From an uncultured Spartobacteria bacterium (GTDB taxonomy: Bacteria > Verrucomicrobiota > Verrucomicrobiia > Chthoniobacterales > Chthoniobacteraceae), in the NCBI GenBank assembly GCA_903901425.1, contig CAIURC010000078.1, positions 29,828 through 93,827 on the forward strand: 64,000 nucleotides of DNA, written 5' to 3'. Shown piece by piece: positions 9,660-17,550 of the stretch; the first letter of the stretch is position 1, and every line of letters starts with the position of its first letter. Below the pieces are notes generated by a model. That model was not told the origin of the DNA and did not search any database. It was given only the letters and a program-made list of their open reading frames with translations. Made by a program: the position numbers and the translations under genes.

Positions 9660-11564
9660 ATGAAAAAGCAAGGCATTCAGACCACTCTGTTCTCCGCCGT
9701 GGGCGTTGCGGCGATGTTCGTCGCGCTCGTGGCGTTCAACTGGATCGCAGCCCGGGGCAAGGCCCGGATCGACCTCACCGCCGAACGCGCCTACACCCTC
9801 TCCGAAGGCACCCGGAAGATCCTCGCAAAACTGGATACGCCGGTCCTAGTCCGGTTCTACTGCACCCGGGGCGACAGCCGGGTACCAGTCTTCCTCAAGA
9901 ACCACGCCCAGAACGTCGAGGACCTCCTCGGCGAGTTCCGGCAGCGGTCCAAGGGCCTCATTGAAATTCAAAAGCTCGATCCTGAGCCGGATTCGGATGC
10001 GGAAGACTCGGCCAAGTTGGATGGGATTGAGCCCCGGATGACGGAACTCGGGGAGCCCTTCTACCTTGGGTTGAGCGTCACGATGCTGGACCAAAAGGAG
10101 ACGGTGCCGTTTCTGGATCCGCAGGCAGCGCGGCTTCTGGAGTATGAAGTGGCCCGCGCGATCTCCCGGGTGATCACCCCGGAGAAACCCACGCTCGGGA
10201 TCCTGAGTGCCCTGCCGGTGGCAGGCCAGCAGAACAACCCGATGATGATGATGCGGGGCAGGCAGGGCGGCCAGCCGGCTTGGCACCTGTACACGGAGCT
10301 GAAGCGGACGTTCAACGTGAAGCAGATCGAGACTAGCGCCGAGTCCATCCCGGACGACGTGAAGGTTCTCCTGGCGATCCACCCCAAGGGGCTCAGCGAC
10401 GCCACCCAGTACGCGATCGACCAGTTCGTGCTCCGGGGCGGCAAACTGATTGCGTTCCTTGATCCGCTGGCCGCGCTCGACGCGCAGGGCGGCGGCATGA
10501 TGGGCGGTGGCCCCACCAATTCCACGATGGAAAAACTGTTGAAAGCGTGGGGGCTCAGTTTCGACACCACCAAGGTCGTGGCGGACATGAATTATGTTGC
10601 CCGCCTCCAGCAGGGCAGGATGCCAGCCGTTCTTCAGTTGAACGAACAGGCGGTCAACAAGGACGACGTGCTCACTGCCGGGAACGACTCCCTGTTCCTC
10701 GGATTCGCCGGAGCCTTCACCGGGACACCCACCGAAGGGCTGACCCAGACCGTGCTCGTGCATTCCTCCGCCAATTCCCAGTTGGTCGACCCGATGACGG
10801 CCCAGATGAGCGGCGAACAGATCGTCAAGGACTTCGCCCCCTCGGGCACGCAGTACACCCTCGCGCTCCGTCTTGCCGGCAAGTTCAAGACGGCGTTCCC
10901 GGAAGGCAAACCGAAGCCGGCCGGCGACCAGCCCAAACCCGAAGACGGGAAACCGGCAGACAAGCTTGAGGAAAAGGCGGGCTTGAAAGAGTCCACGGGT
11001 GAACCCGCGGTGGTTTTGGTGGGCGACACGGACCTGCTCCAAGACCAGCTGGCGGTTGAGGTCGCGATGAACCCATTCGGCGGCCAGCGCATTGCGATTC
11101 CGCGGAACAGCAACATCGCGTTTGCCCAGAGCGCGGTGGAGCAGATGGCCGGAGACAGCAACCTGATTGCTGTGCGCAGTCGGGCCTCGCGCGAGCGCCC
11201 GTTCACGGTTGTTGCCGCGCTCCAAGCCCGGGCCGAGGAAAATTTCCGGAGCAAAATCCGCGAACTGGAGACCGGCTTGGCCGAGGCCCAGCGGAAGCTG
11301 AACGAACTGCAGCGCGCCAAGGGCGGGGAAGGTGGACAGAAGTTCATCCTCTCGTCCGAACAACAGGCTGAGATTGCGAATTTCCGCAAGAAGGAGGCCG
11401 AGACAAAGGTGGAGCTCAAGCAGGTTCGGAAGAAGCTCCGGGCGGATATTGACTCGTTGGAGAACCGCATCAAGTGGCTGAACATCGCCGCGATGCCGGT
11501 CTTGGTGGTGGTCGCCGGTGTCGTGCTGGCGCTGCGCCGCCGCTCCCTGCAGGCCGCCCGTTAA
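9660..11564 (+). CDS. GldG-family ABC-transporter auxiliary protein
   Basis: N- and C-terminal TM anchors flank a large periplasmic region. 'RIDLTAERAYTLSEGTRKIL' and the C-terminal coiled coil plus TM match the GldG layout. Follows ABC-2 genes. Confidence 0.75.
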   Translation: MKKQGIQTTLFSAVGVAAMFVALVAFNWIAARGKARIDLTAERAYTLSEGTRKILAKLDTPVLVRFYCTRGDSRVPVFLKNHAQNVEDLLGEFRQRSKGLIEIQKLDPEPDSDAEDSAKLDGIEPRMTELGEPFYLGLSVTMLDQKETVPFLDPQAARLLEYEVARAISRVITPEKPTLGILSALPVAGQQNNPMMMMRGRQGGQPAWHLYTELKRTFNVKQIETSAESIPDDVKVLLAIHPKGLSDATQYAIDQFVLRGGKLIAFLDPLAALDAQGGGMMGGGPTNSTMEKLLKAWGLSFDTTKVVADMNYVARLQQGRMPAVLQLNEQAVNKDDVLTAGNDSLFLGFAGAFTGTPTEGLTQTVLVHSSANSQLVDPMTAQMSGEQIVKDFAPSGTQYTLALRLAGKFKTAFPEGKPKPAGDQPKPEDGKPADKLEEKAGLKESTGEPAVVLVGDTDLLQDQLAVEVAMNPFGGQRIAIPRNSNIAFAQSAVEQMAGDSNLIAVRSRASRERPFTVVAALQARAEENFRSKIRELETGLAEAQRKLNELQRAKGGEGGQKFILSSEQQAEIANFRKKEAETKVELKQVRKKLRADIDSLENRIKWLNIAAMPVLVVVAGVVLALRRRSLQAAR

Positions 11565-11579
11565 CCCCCCATTATTCCC

Positions 11580-12914
11580 ATGAAAACCAAGCAACTCGCC
11601 ATTCTTCTTGCGATTGCCGCCGGTCTGGGCGGCACAGTTTGGGTCCTCCAGAAGGGCGGCCAGGACTCCTGGCAGGCCACCCCGGTCCGAGCCGGGGGCA
11701 AGGTTCTGGATTTCTCGCTGAACGATGTTACCTCCGTGGTGCTACAAAACTCCACCGGCACGGTCACCGTGACCCGGAAAGGGGAAAACTGGGTGGTCGA
11801 AGACCGCGCAGATTACCCGGCCAACTTTGAAAGGGTCAGCACCGTGCTGCGGGGCTTGTGGGATCTGAAGGTGGTTCAGGACGTGAAGGTGGGTGCCTCC
11901 CAACTGGCCAGGTTCGACCTCGTCGAGCCCGGGGCTGCCACCCGCGTGGACTTCAAAGACAAGGACGGCAAGCAACTCGCTTCGGTTCTTCTGGGCAAGA
12001 AGTTCATGAAAAAGTCCGATGGCGCCTTGGGCGACATGGGCGAGTTTCCTGCCGGTCGTTACGTGATGCCGGTCGGTAGCGGCCGGGTCTCGCTGGTCTC
12101 GGAAACGTTTGAAGATGCAGAACCGAAGGCGGAATCCTGGATCAACCGGAACTTCATCCGGGTGGAAAGCCCGCGGAGCATCGCGCTTCAGGGAAGCGCG
12201 GCCGGCCAGCAGTGGAAAATCTCCCGGGAATCGGCTTCCGCCGACTGGAAGCTTGAAGGAGCAAAGGACAACGAGAAAATGGACCAAGGCAAGGCTTCAC
12301 CGCTGAGCGGCGCACTTTCCAGCCCCTCCTTTGTTGACGTCCTAGCTCCGGATGCGAAGCCCGCCGACACCGGTCTGGACCAGGCTTCCGTCCTCACCCT
12401 CGAGACGTTTGACGGTTTTGTCTACACCCTCAAAGTCGGCAAAACAGCCGCTGAAAACCTGAACGTCACCGTCGGGGTTGCTGGCAACTTCAGCAAGGAG
12501 CGCACTCCAGCCGCTGATGAAAAGCTGGAGGACAAAACCCGGCTCGATGACGAGTTCAAGGCCAAGCTCAAGCGCCTCGAAGACAAACTGGTTGCCGAGC
12601 AAAAACTCGAGGGCCGCATTTTCCAAGTCGCGAAATTTGTCTTGGATCCGTTCCTCAAGGAGCGGTCTGGTTTCTTCGCGGAGGCCAAGGCCGAGGCTAC
12701 CACGCCGCCCGTGGAGGTTCCCAAACCCGCGGCCAAACCGGCGCCGAAACCGGCACCCAAGCCGGTCAAGCCGGAGGCCGAATCGGCTCCGAAGCCGGCG
12801 GGGGAACCCAAACCCGCAGCTCCGAAACCCGCAGCGGATTCTGCCGGAACAAAGCCAGCGCCGGCCAAACCGGTGAAGCCTGCCGAGGCGCCAGCGGCTC
12901 CGGCCAAGCCCTAG
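11580..12914 (+). CDS. DUF4340 domain protein with Pro/Ala/Lys-rich C-terminal tail
   Basis: N-terminal TM anchor, then 'VLQNSTGTVTVTRKGENWVVEDRADYPAN' in DUF4340 style. Usual position after gldG-like genes. The last ~70 aa are (P/A/K/E) low complexity. Confidence 0.65.
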   Translation: MKTKQLAILLAIAAGLGGTVWVLQKGGQDSWQATPVRAGGKVLDFSLNDVTSVVLQNSTGTVTVTRKGENWVVEDRADYPANFERVSTVLRGLWDLKVVQDVKVGASQLARFDLVEPGAATRVDFKDKDGKQLASVLLGKKFMKKSDGALGDMGEFPAGRYVMPVGSGRVSLVSETFEDAEPKAESWINRNFIRVESPRSIALQGSAAGQQWKISRESASADWKLEGAKDNEKMDQGKASPLSGALSSPSFVDVLAPDAKPADTGLDQASVLTLETFDGFVYTLKVGKTAAENLNVTVGVAGNFSKERTPAADEKLEDKTRLDDEFKAKLKRLEDKLVAEQKLEGRIFQVAKFVLDPFLKERSGFFAEAKAEATTPPVEVPKPAAKPAPKPAPKPVKPEAESAPKPAGEPKPAAPKPAADSAGTKPAPAKPVKPAEAPAAPAKP

Positions 12915-13073
12915 CTGGACGGATGCAGTCCCAGCCGAGGTGCCGCCTGTAAGCACTCACTGGACCACCCCCGACTCGGTGGATCTCAGGGTGTCTTTAC
13001 CTGTACCCGGCTACAGGTTGTCCGGCTGATACCGGCCGGCCTAGGGCGCCCGGATGCTGCCGTGACCGGGGTA

Positions 13074-13667
13074 TCAGAACTCAAGGCGAAGTCCTTCGAG
13101 GATAAGGCTCATTCGCTTCGACGTGTGCGTCTCCGCGAGAAGTTGTTGTAGCGTCATGGGCTGGGTTACCAAGTGAAAGGCCAACAGGTCGCAAAGCCTG
13201 TCCGCCTCCGATTCTTCACGGGCCAGCTTCAGGAGTGGAATCACTTCGGGAACCTCTTTTGCCCGGTGTTCGAGCGCCTCAAACACTGTTTCCCGAAAGG
13301 CCGCAACTTCTGCAGGATCCGCCGCAACCGGTTGCACCGGGGTGATTTCCGCAATCACGTAGGGCACAGACTGCCGGATCCCGGTGATTTGGACACGCTG
13401 CAGGCCGCGAAGAATCATCTGGGAGGTGCCGTCCTCAGAGAGAACGGAGGAACGGATCAGCCCCGCAGTGGTGTAGGGAAAGATGCCTTTGTCGCTTACG
13501 CGCACGCCCACGCCAAAAAGCCGGTCTGCTTCCAAGGCATCGTGCAGCATCTTCCGGTAGCGTTCCTCGAAGATGCGCAAGGGCAGATCGCAGCCCGGGA
13601 AATGGTAGCATTCCCCAAGCAGGATGATCGGAAGCGTCCCGGGAAGGACAAAGGGTTCGGCAGCCAT
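13074..13667 (-). CDS. LON substrate-binding (Lon N-terminal) domain protein
   Basis: 'PIILLGECYHFPGCDLPLRIFEERYRKML' matches the Lon N-domain consensus. ATG at 13667 preferred; the track start at 13703 is GTG. Confidence 0.7.
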   Translation of the reverse strand: MAAEPFVLPGTLPIILLGECYHFPGCDLPLRIFEERYRKMLHDALEADRLFGVGVRVSDKGIFPYTTAGLIRSSVLSEDGTSQMILRGLQRVQITGIRQSVPYVIAEITPVQPVAADPAEVAAFRETVFEALEHRAKEVPEVIPLLKLAREESEADRLCDLLAFHLVTQPMTLQQLLAETHTSKRMSLILEGLRLEF

Positions 13668-14064
13668 ACGCAGGAGAGTAAAACCTCTGGCTGCAGCGTA
13701 CACGCTGAATCAGGCTGCTGCACGATTCTCTCTCCGAGGGCGGGAATTTTACGGCGTCTCTGGCGGGAGCAGTCGCGGCACACCGGAATCGGACCGAAAT
13801 CTCAAAGGGTTCAAATGGGGTACTCGAGAATCGCGGGGAATCCCCGGCCAATCGGCAGGAGTCGGTGATCCGCCTATTCCAACTCTGGAACTCGGCGTGG
13901 CGCATTTCCCCCGAGCCATGCATCCGGGCGGTGGCCGGCGCGCTGCACTAGGTGCAGTGTCCGGAAGGGAGCGTTTTGCTCGTGCATTTGATAGGGCCAA
14001 TGCCGCCGGTGCGGAGTGTTATTGGCGCTGAAAACAGAGGCCTCTCGACCATCCGGGCTGAAAA

Positions 14065-16086
14065 TCAGTCTACAAACACCGGGGAGCGCTCATCGCTGAG
14101 CTGGATGCCCGATGGACCGTCTCCGGAGCCAGAACGTTTGGGTGCCATGTTCGGTTCGGAGCCGCTCATGCGTCCGGCAAGGCCGCGGTGGAAAATCTGG
14201 CGGCGTTTGAACTGGAGCACCTCCATCCGCCGGATAATCCGGGCGAGTAACCGGACGGCTCCCACCATGCGCGGGCCGCGGTTCAGCATGATGCACTCCG
14301 CCCGCATCCCCATCGCGGCATCCGTCACTTCGGCCCGGGTCGGCACCCCGGAACGTGCCATGTTTTCCAAGACCTGCGTGGCCCAGATGACAGGAATATG
14401 GCAGGCCTCGCCCAGGCAGAGGATCTCCTCTTGAACCTCGGCCACGCGCTCGTAGCTCAGCTCCAGTGCAAGGTCCCCGCGCGCGATCATCAGCCCGACC
14501 GGGGCATGCCGCAGCGCTGCAAACAGGATTTCTTCCAAATGCGCCATGGCCGCCCTCGTCTCCAGTTTTACCACCAGCCCGAGTTTGCGGCCTCCCGCCG
14601 CGGCATTCTCCGAAAGAACTTCCACCCACCGGTCCACATCCGATCCGGCGCAAACAAAGGACAACCCCACGGCATCCGCATGATTCAGCGCAAATCCGAG
14701 CACGGCCTCGTCTCCCGGCCATTCCGCCGTTTCCCGCCAGCGAGTGTCTGGAAACGTGACGCCTTTTCCAGACCGGATCCGCACCCCGGGCTTTGCCACG
14801 GCACGGACCCGGCACAGGCAGCAGCCGGCATCCTCCACCGCAGCGAGTACCCGCCCGTCATCCAGCAGGACCCGGTCCCCGGCGCGCACCGACTCCAAGA
14901 TCCCCGGTTCCAGGAGATCCAGCGTCGGTGTCCCAGCCGGCACTGCCGGGGAGGTGGGATCCGTCCCAAGGTCCGGGCCGGCAGCCGCCCGAGGACGAGC
15001 CCCACCGGGCGGCGCCCGGAGCCTGAACAGGTCGCCTTCCTGGAACCGGCATTCCCCCGGCTGCAGCGGCAACTGGCCCACCCGTCCCCGGCCCAGGACG
15101 AGACCGGCCCGGCGCCAAGCCACCGGCTGGCCCGCCGCCACAAAAAACGAGTCCTCGGACTCGCCCTGAAACCCTTCGGGCAAAGACACGACCCGGAGCA
15201 CGGTGGACCGCTGGCCTTGCGGTTCGAGGAGGATCTCGTCCCCGGGCTCGACCTGCCACTCCGCGGGAAGCGGCAATTCCGCCAAGTCCCGTTCAGGACC
15301 GAACCGGAGGGGGATCCGGGCGGGTTCCGTGGTTTTTCCGGAGCGATCCCTGCGTCGGTGGAGGTGGAGGACCCCGGGTTCGGCGGGCGGGATGAAAACC
15401 CGGAGCTTCGGACCGGGGAGATCCACCAGGACCCGGGCTTCGAGTCCGAGCCGGGCAGCCCTGTCCCGGAAGGTTTGAGCCGCGGCACTCCAGGAGGCCG
15501 GGGAACCCTGGGCGCCGTTGATCCGGAGCAGGGTTGCGCCCGCCCGGAGCACGGCATCCGCCCATGCTGGGCCGGGGTCGGCCGGGGCTGTCACCATGAT
15601 GTGCACGTGCCGGTCGGTTGGGCGGGGCCCGAACAGGGCCCGGGTGTGGGCATGGAGCCGGGCTTCGGCTTCCGCGCGGTCAGGCCCGGCGTCCGGCGGG
15701 CCTTCCAGGGCCTCCCTTGGCCTGCCCTCCACCCAGGCCCTCAGCCGGGCCAGAGTGTCCATGACATGTCCGACGGACCGGCCCACGGAAGACAACCCGA
15801 CCCTGGCCAGCTCGAGCTGGAGCGGAGCCAGTGCCCGGGACCGGAGCCCGAGGTAGGCAGCGAGGTTTCGAGCTCCTTCCCGGTGGAGCTCCAGAGCGCG
15901 CCCGATCTCGCGGGTCCAGCGGCGCTGGCCCTCCTGGGCGGCTTCCTGCATGCCCCGGATGCCCTTCGCGAGTGCGCTCCGGCGGGCATCGGCCGGCGCC
16001 GGCCCTTCGCGAGGGAGCGATGCTGGGAGAAAGGGGCCGGGAGGGCCTGGAGGGCCTGGAGGGCCGGGATTTTCCGGGGATTGCAT
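14065..16086 (-). CDS. divergent pyruvate kinase-family protein (no C-terminal allosteric domain, enlarged lid, N-terminal extension)
   Basis: 'LLRINGAQG', 'DLPGPKLRV', 'VVKLETRAA', 'MIARGDLALE', 'VIWATQVLENM..PTRAEVTDAA' align to the PK A-domain catalytic strands. Confidence 0.65.
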   Translation of the reverse strand: MQSPENPGPPGPPGPPGPFLPASLPREGPAPADARRSALAKGIRGMQEAAQEGQRRWTREIGRALELHREGARNLAAYLGLRSRALAPLQLELARVGLSSVGRSVGHVMDTLARLRAWVEGRPREALEGPPDAGPDRAEAEARLHAHTRALFGPRPTDRHVHIMVTAPADPGPAWADAVLRAGATLLRINGAQGSPASWSAAAQTFRDRAARLGLEARVLVDLPGPKLRVFIPPAEPGVLHLHRRRDRSGKTTEPARIPLRFGPERDLAELPLPAEWQVEPGDEILLEPQGQRSTVLRVVSLPEGFQGESEDSFFVAAGQPVAWRRAGLVLGRGRVGQLPLQPGECRFQEGDLFRLRAPPGGARPRAAAGPDLGTDPTSPAVPAGTPTLDLLEPGILESVRAGDRVLLDDGRVLAAVEDAGCCLCRVRAVAKPGVRIRSGKGVTFPDTRWRETAEWPGDEAVLGFALNHADAVGLSFVCAGSDVDRWVEVLSENAAAGGRKLGLVVKLETRAAMAHLEEILFAALRHAPVGLMIARGDLALELSYERVAEVQEEILCLGEACHIPVIWATQVLENMARSGVPTRAEVTDAAMGMRAECIMLNRGPRMVGAVRLLARIIRRMEVLQFKRRQIFHRGLAGRMSGSEPNMAPKRSGSGDGPSGIQLSDERSPVFVD

Positions 16087-16130
16087 ACTGGGAGTACCTC
16101 GGTTGTGGGAATCGACTGAACCTGCTTTGC

Positions 16131-16174
16131 TGGATTGGGCTGGATTGGGCTGGATTGGGCTGGATTGGGCTGGG
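16131..16174. repeat. tandem repeat, 10-bp unit 'tggattgggc' x4 plus a partial copy
   Basis: Read directly in the intergenic leader upstream of the PK-like gene. Confidence 0.95.
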
Positions 16175-16234
16175 GGCAGCGAAGGGTCGAGGCTGCGCCC
16201 ATCTCCACCCAGTACTACGGATACCTCGGTAGCT

Positions 16235-16266
16235 ATGGACGCATGGACTGGATGGACTGGATGGAC
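16235..16266. repeat. tandem repeat, 9-bp unit 'atggactgg' (2 full copies plus 2 partial)
   Basis: Read directly; same intergenic region. Confidence 0.9.
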
Positions 16267-16326
16267 CCGATCCGGCCCCGGTGGGGCCGGGGCGGAGAGC
16301 CTAGCTGCCGGACGGCTGATGCCGGC

Positions 16327-17550
16327 CTACGGAGTCCGTAGTCTGAGCGTTTCGAGGAATGCCGCGGCGGCGGTCCGGAAAGTGGAGTCGTCGGGGACGG
16401 CGCCGGTCTTCTGGAAGGTGTCGGAAACAAACTGCCTCGCCCACGCGTAGTAGCGCTGGTGCGTGTGGTACACGGGCATTTTGGTGCCGGTGGAATCGAT
16501 CATCCAATACCCGATCTGTTCCCCGCCCGGTCCGACCTCGTTATTGTAGAGCTCCCAGTACAAGACCAAGGGACAGCCCCACTGGATGCCGGTCTGCATC
16601 ACCACCAGCGATTTTTCGTTCGTGGTTTCAGGCGTCTGCGGCTTCAGGTTTTTTCCAAGGAGTGCCGGGAACCCGTACTCGCCGATGAACACGCGTTTGC
16701 CTGAGATTGGGGGTTTGGGAGCAAGCCGTGCTTCGATGAAGTCGAGCGCGGCCCGGATTTTCTGGGGCTCAGTCCGGTTGGTGGTGTCGTAGGCGGAATA
16801 GGAGACGAAATCGACGGGGACATGGGGGAGAACCTGGTTGACCAGCGCTGGCCGATTCTGGTCCATGGCGAGCACCACGTGGTTGACCTCGGTATAATGC
16901 CAGACCGCCATGCCAGTGGGCGGGGTGTCGCGTTTTGCGTCATCGACGGCCTGCTGGCGGACATTCAGCCATGCTATCATGCCAGCGACCTTTTCCGGGG
17001 TGACCCTGGCGTCGTCCTCTTTGCTGACGGTATGCCGGAGCATGCCGTCGCCCTCCCAATGGCCGAGGTAGAATGTTTTGCCGGAGAGGCGGTAGGTTTT
17101 TAGGAGGTGGGTCGCAAACTCGTAGACCTCGCGGTACTCGCGGTCCGCCTCCTGGGGGGAAAGGCCGTCCTGCCATGGGTTGTGGCTGAACGTATTAGTC
17201 CAGAGGACGAAATGGGCGAATGGCATATCGAGCACCGCGCGGTAGGCGGGCTCGTGTGAGGCGAGGTCCGTCAGCGAGGTCATGCCGGGTTTGCACCGGC
17301 GGTCCTTTTTGTAATCCGGTCCGAGGCTGAATTTGAGGACCGTCGCTCCCATGTTCTGGATGACGCCGGCGGTTTCCAGCAGCACGGGTTTGTCCTCGAA
17401 CTGGTAGGAGGCGCCGATGGTCTGCGTGCCGAGCACGTAGTTGAACCGGTCCATGGGTGTTTCCGGGCCGGCGGCGGATGCGGGAGGCAGGAAAGCGACT
17501 CCGGTCAAAAGCAGGGTAAAGAATCTGCGCAGCATGGCGGTGGGTTTCAT
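16327..17550 (-). CDS. secreted protein, possible clan GH-A (beta/alpha)8 glycoside hydrolase
   Basis: Trimmed to the ATG at 17550, which gives signal peptide 'MKPTAMLRRFFTLLLTGVAFLPPASAAG' and an ATGA overlap with the upstream stop. 'FYLGHWEGD' and 'VFIGEYGFP' resemble acid/base and nucleophile strands. Confidence 0.5.
   Translation of the reverse strand: MKPTAMLRRFFTLLLTGVAFLPPASAAGPETPMDRFNYVLGTQTIGASYQFEDKPVLLETAGVIQNMGATVLKFSLGPDYKKDRRCKPGMTSLTDLASHEPAYRAVLDMPFAHFVLWTNTFSHNPWQDGLSPQEADREYREVYEFATHLLKTYRLSGKTFYLGHWEGDGMLRHTVSKEDDARVTPEKVAGMIAWLNVRQQAVDDAKRDTPPTGMAVWHYTEVNHVVLAMDQNRPALVNQVLPHVPVDFVSYSAYDTTNRTEPQKIRAALDFIEARLAPKPPISGKRVFIGEYGFPALLGKNLKPQTPETTNEKSLVVMQTGIQWGCPLVLYWELYNNEVGPGGEQIGYWMIDSTGTKMPVYHTHQRYYAWARQFVSDTFQKTGAVPDDSTFRTAAAAFLETLRLRTP

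Noticed and set aside
9846-11594. 582-aa minus-strand ORF
   Set aside because: Shadow of the GldG-like gene, with His/Arg/Leu/Gly-rich junk and no motifs. The same reasoning applies to 7611..8501 and 8556..9512, which lie opposite the ABC genes.
16038-16070. PGPPGPPGPPGP run considered as a collagen-like triple-helix domain
   Set aside because: Only four triplets, not in G-X-Y register over a meaningful length. More likely a slippage-generated low-complexity linker, and the true start may even lie downstream (Met at 'MQEAAQ').
14398-16119. 573-aa plus-strand ORF
   Set aside because: Antisense to the PK-like gene, which carries recognisable catalytic strands. The plus frame is Pro/Arg/Gly-rich.
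16131-16266. Tandem repeats considered as a CRISPR array
   Set aside because: Units are 9-10 bp and directly adjacent with no spacers, and there are no cas genes in the window.
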